From: Azolla caroliniana
Taxonomy: Eukaryota; Plantae; Polypodiophyta
Direction of reading: 5' to 3'
DNA length: 32,736 nt
Assembly (NCBI GenBank): GCA_043228905.1
Contig: JBHGNT010000348.1
Location: 1 to 32,736, forward strand
This document shows positions 8,795 through 20,811 of the stretch, piece by piece (the first letter of the stretch is position 1; each line of letters starts with the position of its first letter). Below the pieces are notes generated by a model, which had not been told where the DNA came from, made no database searches, and was given only the letters and a program-made list of their open reading frames with translations. Both the position numbers and the translations under genes were made by a program.

Positions 8795-9831
8795 TTAAAA
8801 GTGGCGAATACAAGCGCGTGGGCGAAGATCACATTGTTGGAGAAGGCGAGAGGTTGCCACGCTTAGAAGTTGTTCCTCCTCACCGGCCTTGAAACGACGA
8901 CGTTGTTCCTCATCTTGTCGTCCGGTCATGCGATAACGGCGCTCGTCCTCCTCGCGCTCGCTACTGTCTCTCTCTCGCTCGGCATCCTCTTCCCATTGAC
9001 GACGTTCCCTTGACACTTGGTTATGGCGGTGACCATCATTGCGTGCCTCTTCTCCGCTAATGTATAAGGCCTCGCGGAGGCGGTTGCAACGCTCTTCTAC
9101 GGGGATTTGTTCCACGTTCCTGCAGCATCTTTCGGAGGGCCTTGCATATCGGCTGATTTCATCCCAAGAGGTGCGACGGCTTCGTCCACGTTCTTCCTTC
9201 TCATTACGTTCTTGTAGGTGGCGGACCTGCCTATCGACGAAGTTTTGGCACTCTTGCCTCAACTCTCGGTCTCGTGGCTCATCGCGATCGCGGCCGCGAC
9301 GATCCCGTTCCTCTTCGGACTCTCTCTTGTTGTCTCTGCGACGTCCTTCATCGAGGGATCCTTCACGACGTCGGTCGCGCCTCTCCTGCTCGACATCCTC
9401 CTCCCTGCGTCGATCGCGCCTCTCGTCACGTGACTCATCACGATCGCGACCGCGACGATCCCGTTCCTCTTCGGACTCTCTCTTGTTGTCTCCGTAGCGC
9501 CCCTCCTCGATGGACCCCTCGCGACGTCCCCCGCGCCTCTCCTCATCGAAATCCTCCTCCCTGCGTCGATCGCGCCTCTCCTCACGTGGCTCATCGCGAT
9601 CGTGACTGCGACGATCCCGGTCCTCATCCGACTCTCTCTTGTTGTCTCTGTAGCGCCCCTCATCGATGGATCCCTCACGACGTCCGCTGCGCCTCTCCTC
9701 GTCGACATCCTCCTCCTACGTCGATCGCGCCTCTCCTCTTCGCGATCCCGTCCTACAGATCTAGCATTGGCCGCGCCGCAGGCGGCTAGCATGATAACCG
9801 CCATGAGGAATATGATAGTGAGCTTCGCCAT
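8795..9831 (-). pseudogene. Copy 5, 1-bp frameshift near 9715-9716 (may be a sequencing error)
   Basis: 'cctcctcctacg' versus consensus 'cctcctccctacg'. The frame is lost after about residue 39. Confidence 0.7.
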
Positions 9832-9897
9832 TGCTTGTGTTCGGAACTACCCCGGTTCTCTCTCCGCCTATTTGAGTGTGTCATGGTTGATCCACCC

Positions 9898-10032
9898 TTA
9901 TATACACAAGGCCATGCATGTCTAGTACATGCATGTCCCTTCCCACGTCCATTCCTATAGACGTTAATGGCATGATCCATACTTGGGCCACGGAAGAGAC
10001 CATTCACTTTTATCCACCCCCCTTTACGTGTC
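9898..10032 (-). promoter_or_regulatory. Promoter module of copy 5 (TATA, 2x RY, ABRE)
   Basis: Same motifs and offsets as copy 2. Confidence 0.72.
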
Positions 10033-10954
10033 CAGGATCCTCCTGCTTCGACCTACCATATCACTAGCCCTATACTCACCTCCATCACACCAGGAGTGGG
10101 ATTATGCACTTGGGCATTTCAAATCTACTAACCTATGGACGCTTCGTCCATATTGCAACGTAGACAGTATGTAACCTCATGATAGCCACCTACACATGTG
10201 ATGCCATTGAGGTTGTAGAGTGCGTATGGGCCTCGTAAAACGAGGATAAGGTGGTGAGAAAAGGTTTTTAGGGTGTTGGTTCTCTCCACGAAAACGTTAT
10301 CGGTGGTTGTGGCCACGAGGGGGTTTAGAATCCATTGCGACCAACATACGGACGACGACACGCGTTTTCATTGTGATTACAAGATCCGTCGTCGTTGTGG
10401 ACGCTGCAACCACCGGAGGAATATGAAGGTGGCACCATTCAAGGACAACATTTCTAGGTGAAACATGCGTGGGTTGGTTGGTTCACACGATGATGAAAAT
10501 GGTAGATAGACATGGGAATTTCATGTGGAATCATGTTTGTAGTAGGAGTTACGATCAGCCACTACTATTGCGCACATCATGGTACGGCGAGACACGGCAT
10601 TGTATGAGGGTGGCTTCAATACAACATTGTGATGGCATCGACGTTTGACGAGTTTCGCGTTGCTCGTGAGAGAGATAGCGATAGATGGATAGAGATAGAT
10701 ATAGGTAGGGTGGGAGTGGGTAGTGTGCGTGTGGGCACGTTACCTAATCATGTGTGCGTGGAGTTTCATTTTGCTTGTGCAATGAGCGAGCGAGGGCACG
10801 CGACCTGATCGTGCGTGCGTGCGTGCGTGTTGTGCGCGAGCGTGGGAGAAATATGATTGAGAGGGTTATGAGAACGTCAAGACACCACACAGAGCACACC
10901 ATTTACATTTACGATGTTCAGAAAGTGTATAGTTGAAAAAGTTATGTACGTTCT

Positions 10955-11966
10955 TTAAAAGTGGCGAATACAAGCGCGTGGGCGAAGATCACATTGTTGG
11001 AGAAGGCGAGAGGTTGCCACGCTTAGAAGTTGTTCCTCCTCACCGGCCTTGAAACGACGACGTTGTTCCTCATCTTGTCGTCCGGTCATGCGATAACGGC
11101 GCTCGTCCTCCTCGCGCTCGCTACTGTCTCTCTCCTCGCTCGGCATCCTCTTCCCATTGACGACGTTCCCTTGACACTTGGTTATGGCGGTGACCATCAT
11201 TGCGTGCCTCTTCTCCGCTAATGTATAAGGCCTCGCGGAGGCGGTTGCAACGCTCTTCTACGGGGATTTGTTCCACGTTCCTGCAGCATCTTTCGGAGGG
11301 CCTTGCATATCGGCTGATTTCATCCCAAGAGGTGCGACGGCTTCGTCCACGTTCTTCCTTCTCATTACGTTCTTGTAGGTGGCGGACCTGCCTATCGACG
11401 AAGTTTTGGCACTCTTGCCTCAACTCTCGGTCTCGTGGCTCATCGCGATCGCGGCCGCGACGATCCCGTTCCTCTTCGGACTCTCTCTTGTTGTCTCTGC
11501 GACGTCCTTCATCGAGGGATCCTTCACGACGTCGGTCGCGCCTCTCCTGCTCGACATCCTCCTCCCTGCGTCGATCGCGCCTCTCGTCACGTGACTCATC
11601 ACGATCGCGACCGCGACGATCCCGTTCCTCTTCGGACTCTCTCTTGTACCCCTCGCGACGTCCCCCGCGCCTCTCCTCATCGAAATCCTCCTCCCTGCGT
11701 CGATCGCGCCTCTCCTCACGTGGCTCATCGCGATCGTGACTGCGACGATCCCGGTCCTCATCCGACTCTCTCTTGTTGTCTCTGTAGCGCCCCTCATCGA
11801 TGGATCCCTCACGACGTCCGCTGCGCCTCTCCTCGTCGACATCCTCCTCCCTACGTCGATCGCGCCTCTCCTCTTCGCGATCCCGTCCTACAGATCTAGC
11901 ATTGGCCGCGCCGCAGGCGGCTAGCATGATAACCGCCATGAGGAATATGATAGTGAGCTTCGCCAT
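10955..11966 (-). pseudogene. Copy 6, in-frame 27-bp deletion (junction 11647/11648) plus 1-bp insertion near 11134-11135
   Basis: 'ctcttgt|acccctc' lacks tgtctccgtagcgcccctcctcgatgg. 'tctctcctcgctc' has an extra C. The ORF ends at 281 aa, before the last two Cys. Confidence 0.7.
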
Positions 11967-12032
11967 TGCTTGTGTTCGGAACTACCCCGGTTCTCTCTCC
12001 GCCTATTTGAGTGTGTCATGGTTGATCCACCC

Positions 12033-12167
12033 TTATATACACAAGGCCATGCATGTCTAGTACATGCATGTCCCTTCCCACGTCCATTCCTATAGACGTT
12101 AATGGCATGATCCATACTTGGGCCACGGAAGAGACCATTCACTTTTATCCACCCCCCTTTACGTGTC
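12033..12167 (-). promoter_or_regulatory. Promoter module of copy 6 (TATA, 2x RY, ABRE)
   Basis: Same motifs and offsets as copy 2. Confidence 0.72.
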
Positions 12168-13089
12168 CAGGATCCTCCTGCTTCGACCTACCATATCACT
12201 AGCCCTATACTCACCTCCATCACACCAGGAGTGGGATTATGCACTTGGGCATTTCAAATCTACTAACCTATGGACGCTTCGTCCATATTGCAACGTAGAC
12301 AGTATGTAACCTCATGATAGCCACCTACACATGTGATGCCATTGAGGTTGTAGAGTGCGTATGGGCCTCGTAAAACGAGGATAAGGTGGTGAGAAAAGGT
12401 TTTTAGGGTGTTGGTTCTCTCCACGAAAACGTTATCGGTGGTTGTGGCCACGAGGGGGTTTAGAATCCATTGCGACCAACATACGGACGACGACACGCGT
12501 TTTCATTGTGATTACAAGATCCGTCGTCGTTGTGGACGCTGCAACCACCGGAGGAATATGAAGGTGGCACCATTCAAGGACAACATTTCTAGGTGAAACA
12601 TGCGTGGGTTGGTTGGTTCACACGATGATGAAAATGGTAGATAGACATGGGAATTTCATGTGGAATTATGTTTGTAGTAGGAGTTACGATCAGCCACTAC
12701 TATTGCGCACATCATGGTACGGCGAGACACGGCATTGTATGAGGGTGGCTTCAATACAACATTGTGATGGCATCGACGTTTGACGAGTTTCGCGTTGCTC
12801 GTGAGAGAGATAGCGATAGATGGATAGAGATAGATATAGGTAGGGTGGGAGTGGGTAGTGTGCGTGTGGGCACGTTACCTAATCATGTGTGCGTGGAGTT
12901 TCATTTTGCTTGTGCAATGAGCGAGCGAGGGCACGCGACCTGATCGTGCGTGCGTGCGTGCATGTTGTGCGCGAGCGTGGGAGAAATATGATTGAGAGGG
13001 TTATGAGAACGTCAAGACACCACACAGAGCACACCATTTACATTTACGATGTTCAGAAAGTGTATAGTTGAAAAAGTTATGTACGTTCT

Positions 13090-14127
13090 TTAAAAGTGGC
13101 GAATACAAGCGCGTGGGCGAAGATCACATTGTTGGAGAAGGCGAGAGGTTGCCACGCTTAGAAGTTGTTCCTCCTCACCGGCCTTGAAACGACGACGTTG
13201 TTCCTCATCTTGTCGTCCGGTCATGCGATAACGGCGCTCGTCCTCCTCGCGCTCGCTACTGTCTCTCTCTCGCTCGGCATCCTCTTCCCATTGACGACGT
13301 TCCCTTGACACTTGGTTATGGCGGTGACCATCATTGCGTGCCTCTTCTCCGCTAATGTATAAGGCCTCGCGGAGGCGGTTGCAACGCTCTTCTACGGGGA
13401 TTTGTTCCACGTTCCTGCAGCATCTTTCGGAGGGCCTTGCATATCGGCTGATTTCATCCCAAGAGGTGCGACGGCTTCGTCCACGTTCTTCCTTCTCATT
13501 ACGTTCTTGTAGGTGGCGGACCTGCCTATCGACGAAGTTTTGGCACTCTTGCCTCAACTCTCGGTCTCGTGGCTCATCGCGATCGCGGCCGCGACGATCC
13601 CGTTCCTCTTCGGACTCTCTCTTGTTGTCTCTGCGACGTCCTTCATCGAGGGATCCTTCACGACGTCGGTCGCGCCTCTCCTGCTCGACATCCTCCTCCC
13701 TGCGTCGATCGCGCCTCTCGTCACGTGACTCATCACGATCGCGACCGCGACGATCCCGTTCCTCTTCGGACTCTCTCTTGTTGTCTCCGTAGCGCCCCTC
13801 CTCGATGGACCCCTCGCGACGTCCCCCGCGCCTCTCCTCATCGAAATCCTCCTCCCTGCGTCGATCGCGCCTCTCCTCACGTGGCTCATCGCGATCGTGA
13901 CTGCGACGATCCCGGTCCTCATCCGACTCTCTCTTGTTGTCTCTGTAGCGCCCCTCATCGATGGATCCCTCACGACGTCCGCTGCGCCTCTCCTCGTCGA
14001 CATCCTCCTCCCTACGTCGATCGCGCCTCTCCTCTTCGCGATCCCGTCCTACAGATCTAGCATTGGCCGCGCCGCAGGCGGCTAGCATGATAACCGCCAT
14101 GAGGAATATGATAGTGAGCTTCGCCAT
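13090..14127 (-). CDS. Copy 7: Arg-rich 2S-albumin-like precursor, 345 aa, intact
   Basis: Translation identical to copy 2. Confidence 0.85.
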   Translation of the reverse strand: MAKLTIIFLMAVIMLAACGAANARSVGRDREEERRDRRREEDVDEERRSGRREGSIDEGRYRDNKRESDEDRDRRSHDRDEPREERRDRRREEDFDEERRGGRREGSIEEGRYGDNKRESEEERDRRGRDRDESRDERRDRRREEDVEQERRDRRREGSLDEGRRRDNKRESEEERDRRGRDRDEPRDRELRQECQNFVDRQVRHLQERNEKEERGRSRRTSWDEISRYARPSERCCRNVEQIPVEERCNRLREALYISGEEARNDGHRHNQVSRERRQWEEDAERERDSSEREEDERRYRMTGRQDEEQRRRFKAGEEEQLLSVATSRLLQQCDLRPRACIRHF

Positions 14128-14193
14128 TGCTTGTGTTCGGAACTACCCCGGTTCTCTCTCCGCCTATTTGAGTGTGTCATGGTTGATCCACCC

Positions 14194-14328
14194 TTATATA
14201 CACAAGGCCATGCATGTCTAGTACATGCATGTCCCTTCCCACGTCCATTCCTATAGACGTTAATGGCATGATCCATACTTGGGCCACGGAAGAGACCATT
14301 CACTTTTATCCACCCCCCTTTACGTGTC
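14194..14328 (-). promoter_or_regulatory. Promoter module of copy 7 (TATA, 2x RY, ABRE)
   Basis: Same motifs and offsets as copy 2. Confidence 0.72.
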
Positions 14329-15250
14329 CAGGATCCTCCTGCTTCGACCTACCATATCACTAGCCCTATACTCACCTCCATCACACCAGGAGTGGGATTA
14401 TGCACTTGGGCATTTCAAATCTACTAACCTATGGACGCTTCGTCCATATTGCAACGTAGACAGTATGTAACCTCATGATAGCCACCTACACATGTGATGC
14501 CATTGAGGTTGTAGAGTGCGTATGGGCCTCGTAAAACGAGGATAAGGTGGTGAGAAAAGGTTTTTAGGGTGTTGGTTCTCTCCACGAAAACGTTATCGGT
14601 GGTTGTGGCCACGAGGGGGTTTAGAATCCATTGCGACCAACATACGGACGACGACACGCGTTTTCATTGTGATTACAAGATCCGTCGTCGTTGTGGACGC
14701 TGCAACCACCGGAGGAATATGAAGGTGGCACCATTCAAGGACAACATTTCTAGGTGAAACATGCGTGGGTTGGTTGGTTCACACGATGATGAAAATGGTA
14801 GATAGACATGGGAATTTCATGTGGAATCATGTTTGTAGTAGGAGTTACGATCAGCCACTACTATTGCGCACATCATGGTACGGCGAGACACGGCATTGTA
14901 TGAGGGTGGCTTCAATACAACATTGTGATGGCATCGACGTTTGACGAGTTTCGCGTTGCTCGTGAGAGAGATAGCGATAGATGGATAGAGATAGATATAG
15001 GTAGGGTGGGAGTGGGTAGTGTGCGTGTGGGCACGTTACCTAATCATGTGTGCGTGGAGTTTCATTTTGCTTGTGCAATGAGCGAGCGAGGGCACGCGAC
15101 CTGATCGTGCGTGCGTGCGTGCATGTTGTGCGCGAGCGTGGGAGAAATATGATTGAGAGGGTTATGAGAACGTCAAGACACCACACAGAGCACACCATTT
15201 ACATTTACGATGTTCAGAAAGTGTATAGTTGAAAAAGTTATGTACGTTCT

Positions 15251-16288
15251 TTAAAAGTGGCGAATACAAGCGCGTGGGCGAAGATCACATTGTTGGAGAA
15301 GGCGAGAGGTTGCCACGCTTAGAAGTTGTTCCTCCTCACCGGCCTTGAAACGACGACGTTGTTCCTCATCTTGTCGTCCGGTCATGCGATAACGGCGCTC
15401 GTCCTCCTCGCGCTCGCTACTGTCTCTCTCTCGCTCGGCATCCTCTTCCCATTGACGACGTTCCCTTGACACTTGGTTATGGCGGTGACCATCATTGCGT
15501 GCCTCTTCTCCGCTAATGTATAAGGCCTCGCGGAGGCGGTTGCAACGCTCTTCTACGGGGATTTGTTCCACGTTCCTGCAGCATCTTTCGGAGGGCCTTG
15601 CATATCGGCTGATTTCATCCCAAGAGGTGCGACGGCTTCGTCCACGTTCTTCCTTCTCATTACGTTCTTGTAGGTGGCGGACCTGCCTATCGACGAAGTT
15701 TTGGCACTCTTGCCTCAACTCTCGGTCTCGTGGCTCATCGCGATCGCGGCCGCGACGATCCCGTTCCTCTTCGGACTCTCTCTTGTTGTCTCTGCGACGT
15801 CCTTCATCGAGGGATCCTTCACGACGTCGGTCGCGCCTCTCCTGCTCGACATCCTCCTCCCTGCGTCGATCGCGCCTCTCGTCACGTGACTCATCACGAT
15901 CGCGACCGCGACGATCCCGTTCCTCTTCGGACTCTCTCTTGTTGTCTCCGTAGCGCCCCTCCTCGATGGACCCCTCGCGACGTCCCCCGCGCCTCTCCTC
16001 ATCGAAATCCTCCTCCCTGCGTCGATCGCGCCTCTCCTCACGTGGCTCATCGCGATCGTGACTGCGACGATCCCGGTCCTCATCCGACTCTCTCTTGTTG
16101 TCTCTGTAGCGCCCCTCATCGATGGATCCCTCACGACGTCCGCTGCGCCTCTCCTCGTCGACATCCTCCTCCCTACGTCGATCGCGCCTCTCCTCTTCGC
16201 GATCCCGTCCTACAGATCTAGCATTGGCCGCGCCGCAGGCGGCTAGCATGATAACCGCCATGAGGAATATGATAGTGAGCTTCGCCAT
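15251..16288 (-). CDS. Copy 8: Arg-rich 2S-albumin-like precursor, 345 aa, intact
   Basis: Translation identical to copy 2. Confidence 0.85.
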   Translation of the reverse strand: MAKLTIIFLMAVIMLAACGAANARSVGRDREEERRDRRREEDVDEERRSGRREGSIDEGRYRDNKRESDEDRDRRSHDRDEPREERRDRRREEDFDEERRGGRREGSIEEGRYGDNKRESEEERDRRGRDRDESRDERRDRRREEDVEQERRDRRREGSLDEGRRRDNKRESEEERDRRGRDRDEPRDRELRQECQNFVDRQVRHLQERNEKEERGRSRRTSWDEISRYARPSERCCRNVEQIPVEERCNRLREALYISGEEARNDGHRHNQVSRERRQWEEDAERERDSSEREEDERRYRMTGRQDEEQRRRFKAGEEEQLLSVATSRLLQQCDLRPRACIRHF

Positions 16289-16354
16289 TGCTTGTGTTCG
16301 GAACTACCCCGGTTCTCTCTCCGCCTATTTGAGTGTGTCATGGTTGATCCACCC

Positions 16355-16489
16355 TTATATACACAAGGCCATGCATGTCTAGTACATGCATGTCCCTTCC
16401 CACGTCCATTCCTATAGACGTTAATGGCATGATCCATACTTGGGCCACGGAAGAGACCATTCACTTTTATCCACCCCCCTTTACGTGTC
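16355..16489 (-). promoter_or_regulatory. Promoter module of copy 8 (TATA, 2x RY, ABRE)
   Basis: Same motifs and offsets as copy 2. Confidence 0.72.
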
Positions 16490-17411
16490 CAGGATCCTCC
16501 TGCTTCGACCTACCATATCACTAGCCCTATACTCACCTCCATCACACCAGGAGTGGGATTATGCACTTGGGCATTTCAAATCTACTAACCTATGGACGCT
16601 TCGTCCATATTGCAACGTAGACAGTATGTAACCTCATGATAGCCACCTACACATGTGATGCCATTGAGGTTGTAGAGTGCGTATGGGCCTCGTAAAACGA
16701 GGATAAGGTGGTGAGAAAAGGTTTTTAGGGTGTTGGTTCTCTCCACGAAAACGTTATCGGTGGTTGTGGCCACGAGGGGGTTTAGAATCCATTGCGACCA
16801 ACATACGGACGACGACACGCGTTTTCATTGTGATTACAAGATCCGTCGTCGTTGTGGACGCTGCAACCACCGGAGGAATATGAAGGTGGCACCATTCAAG
16901 GACAACATTTCTAGGTGAAACATGCGTGGGTTGGTTGGTTCACACGATGATGAAAATGGTAGATAGACATGGGAATTTCATGTGGAATCATGTTTGTAGT
17001 AGGAGTTACGATCAGCCACTACTATTGCGCACATCATGGTACGGCGAGACACGGCATTGTATGAGGGTGGCTTCAATACAACATTGTGATGGCATCGACG
17101 TTTGACGAGTTTCGCGTTGCTCGTGAGAGAGATAGCGATAGATGGATAGAGATAGATATAGGTAGGGTGGGAGTGGGTAGTGTGCGTGTGGGCACGTTAC
17201 CTAATCATGTGTGCGTGGAGTTTCATTTTGCTTGTGCAATGAGCGAGCGAGGGCACGCGACCTGATCGTGCGTGCGTGCGTGCATGTTGTGCGCGAGCGT
17301 GGGAGAAATATGATTGAGAGGGTTATGAGAACGTCAAGACACCACACAGAGCACACCATTTACATTTACGATGTTCAGAAAGTGTATAGTTGAAAAAGTT
17401 ATGTACGTTCT

Positions 17412-18449
17412 TTAAAAGTGGCGAATACAAGCGCGTGGGCGAAGATCACATTGTTGGAGAAGGCGAGAGGTTGCCACGCTTAGAAGTTGTTCCTCCTCAC
17501 CGGCCTTGAAACGACGACGTTGTTCCTCATCTTGTCGTCCGGTCATGCGATAACGGCGCTCGTCCTCCTCGCGCTCGCTACTGTCTCTCTCTCGCTCGGC
17601 ATCCTCTTCCCATTGACGACGTTCCCTTGACACTTGGTTATGGCGGTGACCATCATTGCGTGCCTCTTCTCCGCTAATGTATAAGGCCTCGCGGAGGCGG
17701 TTGCAACGCTCTTCTACGGGGATTTGTTCCACGTTCCTGCAGCATCTTTCGGAGGGCCTTGCATATCGGCTGATTTCATCCCAAGAGGTGCGACGGCTTC
17801 GTCCACGTTCTTCCTTCTCATTACGTTCTTGTAGGTGGCGGACCTGCCTATCGACGAAGTTTTGGCACTCTTGCCTCAACTCTCGGTCTCGTGGCTCATC
17901 GCGATCGCGGCCGCGACGATCCCGTTCCTCTTCGGACTCTCTCTTGTTGTCTCTGCGACGTCCTTCATCGAGGGATCCTTCACGACGTCGGTCGCGCCTC
18001 TCCTGCTCGACATCCTCCTCCCTGCGTCGATCGCGCCTCTCGTCACGTGACTCATCACGATCGCGACCGCGACGATCCCGTTCCTCTTCGGACTCTCTCT
18101 TGTTGTCTCCGTAGCGCCCCTCCTCGATGGACCCCTCGCGACGTCCCCCGCGCCTCTCCTCATCGAAATCCTCCTCCCTGCGTCGATCGCGCCTCTCCTC
18201 ACGTGGCTCATCGCGATCGTGACTGCGACGATCCCGGTCCTCATCCGACTCTCTCTTGTTGTCTCTGTAGCGCCCCTCATCGATGGATCCCTCACGACGT
18301 CCGCTGCGCCTCTCCTCGTCGACATCCTCCTCCCTACGTCGATCGCGCCTCTCCTCTTCGCGATCCCGTCCTACAGATCTAGCATTGGCCGCGCCGCAGG
18401 CGGCTAGCATGATAACCGCCATGAGGAATATGATAGTGAGCTTCGCCAT
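17412..18449 (-). CDS. Copy 9: Arg-rich 2S-albumin-like precursor, 345 aa, intact
   Basis: Translation identical to copy 2. Confidence 0.85.
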   Translation of the reverse strand: MAKLTIIFLMAVIMLAACGAANARSVGRDREEERRDRRREEDVDEERRSGRREGSIDEGRYRDNKRESDEDRDRRSHDRDEPREERRDRRREEDFDEERRGGRREGSIEEGRYGDNKRESEEERDRRGRDRDESRDERRDRRREEDVEQERRDRRREGSLDEGRRRDNKRESEEERDRRGRDRDEPRDRELRQECQNFVDRQVRHLQERNEKEERGRSRRTSWDEISRYARPSERCCRNVEQIPVEERCNRLREALYISGEEARNDGHRHNQVSRERRQWEEDAERERDSSEREEDERRYRMTGRQDEEQRRRFKAGEEEQLLSVATSRLLQQCDLRPRACIRHF

Positions 18450-18515
18450 TGCTTGTGTTCGGAACTACCCCGGTTCTCTCTCCGCCTATTTGAGTGTGTC
18501 ATGGTTGATCCACCC

Positions 18516-18650
18516 TTATATACACAAGGCCATGCATGTCTAGTACATGCATGTCCCTTCCCACGTCCATTCCTATAGACGTTAATGGCATGATCCATAC
18601 TTGGGCCACGGAAGAGACCATTCACTTTTATCCACCCCCCTTTACGTGTC
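18516..18650 (-). promoter_or_regulatory. Promoter module of copy 9 (TATA, 2x RY, ABRE)
   Basis: Same motifs and offsets as copy 2. Confidence 0.72.
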
Positions 18651-19572
18651 CAGGATCCTCCTGCTTCGACCTACCATATCACTAGCCCTATACTCACCTC
18701 CATCACACCAGGAGTGGGATTATGCACTTGGGCATTTCAAATCTACTAACCTATGGACGCTTCGTCCATATTGCAACGTAGACAGTATGTAACCTCATGA
18801 TAGCCACCTACACATGTGATGCCATTGAGGTTGTAGAGTGCGTATGGGCCTCGTAAAACGAGGATAAGGTGGTGAGAAAAGGTTTTTAGGGTGTTGGTTC
18901 TCTCCACGAAAACGTTATCGGTGGTTGTGGCCACGAGGGGGTTTAGAATCCATTGCGACCAACATACGGACGACGACACGCGTTTTCATTGTGATTACAA
19001 GATCCGTCGTCGTTGTGGACGCTGCAACCACCGGAGGAATATGAAGGTGGCACCATTCAAGGACAACATTTCTAGGTGAAACATGCGTGGGTTGGTTGGT
19101 TCACACGATGATGAAAATGGTAGATAGACATGGGAATTTCATGTGGAATCATGTTTGTAGTAGGAGTTACGATCAGCCACTACTATTGCGCACATCATGG
19201 TACGGCGAGACACGGCATTGTATGAGGGTGGCTTCAATACAACATTGTGATGGCATCGACGTTTGACGAGTTTCGCGTTGCTCGTGAGAGAGATAGCGAT
19301 AGATGGATAGAGATAGATATAGGTAGGGTGGGAGTGGGTAGTGTGCGTGTGGGCACGTTACCTAATCATGTGTGCGTGGAGTTTCATTTTGCTTGTGCAA
19401 TGAGCGAGCGAGGGCACGCGACCTGATCGTGCGTGCGTGCGTGCATGTTGTGCGCGAGCGTGGGAGAAATATGATTGAGAGGGTTATGAGAACGTCAAGA
19501 CACCACACAGAGCACACCATTTACATTTACGATGTTCAGAAAGTGTATAGTTGAAAAAGTTATGTACGTTCT

Positions 19573-20610
19573 TTAAAAGTGGCGAATACAAGCGCGTGGG
19601 CGAAGATCACATTGTTGGAGAAGGCGAGAGGTTGCCACGCTTAGAAGTTGTTCCTCCTCACCGGCCTTGAAACGACGACGTTGTTCCTCATCTTGTCGTC
19701 CGGTCATGCGATAACGGCGCTCGTCCTCCTCGCGCTCGCTACTGTCTCTCTCTCGCTCGGCATCCTCTTCCCATTGACGACGTTCCCTTGACACTTGGTT
19801 ATGGCGGTGACCATCATTGCGTGCCTCTTCTCCGCTAATGTATAAGGCCTCGCGGAGGCGGTTGCAACGCTCTTCTACGGGGATTTGTTCCACGTTCCTG
19901 CAGCATCTTTCGGAGGGCCTTGCATATCGGCTGATTTCATCCCAAGAGGTGCGACGGCTTCGTCCACGTTCTTCCTTCTCATTACGTTCTTGTAGGTGGC
20001 GGACCTGCCTATCGACGAAGTTTTGGCACTCTTGCCTCAACTCTCGGTCTCGTGGCTCATCGCGATCGCGGCCGCGACGATCCCGTTCCTCTTCGGACTC
20101 TCTCTTGTTGTCTCTGCGACGTCCTTCATCGAGGGATCCTTCACGACGTCGGTCGCGCCTCTCCTGCTCGACATCCTCCTCCCTGCGTCGATCGCGCCTC
20201 TCGTCACGTGACTCATCACGATCGCGACCGCGACGATCCCGTTCCTCTTCGGACTCTCTCTTGTTGTCTCCGTAGCGCCCCTCCTCGATGGACCCCTCGC
20301 GACGTCCCCCGCGCCTCTCCTCATCGAAATCCTCCTCCCTGCGTCGATCGCGCCTCTCCTCACGTGGCTCATCGCGATCGTGACTGCGACGATCCCGGTC
20401 CTCATCCGACTCTCTCTTGTTGTCTCTGTAGCGCCCCTCATCGATGGATCCCTCACGACGTCCGCTGCGCCTCTCCTCGTCGACATCCTCCTCCCTACGT
20501 CGATCGCGCCTCTCCTCTTCGCGATCCCGTCCTACAGATCTAGCATTGGCCGCGCCGCAGGCGGCTAGCATGATAACCGCCATGAGGAATATGATAGTGA
20601 GCTTCGCCAT
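19573..20610 (-). CDS. Copy 10: Arg-rich 2S-albumin-like precursor, 345 aa, intact
   Basis: Translation identical to copy 2. Confidence 0.85.
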   Translation of the reverse strand: MAKLTIIFLMAVIMLAACGAANARSVGRDREEERRDRRREEDVDEERRSGRREGSIDEGRYRDNKRESDEDRDRRSHDRDEPREERRDRRREEDFDEERRGGRREGSIEEGRYGDNKRESEEERDRRGRDRDESRDERRDRRREEDVEQERRDRRREGSLDEGRRRDNKRESEEERDRRGRDRDEPRDRELRQECQNFVDRQVRHLQERNEKEERGRSRRTSWDEISRYARPSERCCRNVEQIPVEERCNRLREALYISGEEARNDGHRHNQVSRERRQWEEDAERERDSSEREEDERRYRMTGRQDEEQRRRFKAGEEEQLLSVATSRLLQQCDLRPRACIRHF

Positions 20611-20676
20611 TGCTTGTGTTCGGAACTACCCCGGTTCTCTCTCCGCCTATTTGAGTGTGTCATGGTTGATCCACCC

Positions 20677-20811
20677 TTATATACACAAGGCCATGCATGT
20701 CTAGTACATGCATGTCCCTTCCCACGTCCATTCCTATAGACGTTAATGGCATGATCCATACTTGGGCCACGGAAGAGACCATTCACTTTTATCCACCCCC
20801 CTTTACGTGTC
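20677..20811 (-). promoter_or_regulatory. Promoter module of copy 10 (TATA, 2x RY, ABRE)
   Basis: Same motifs and offsets as copy 2. Confidence 0.72.
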
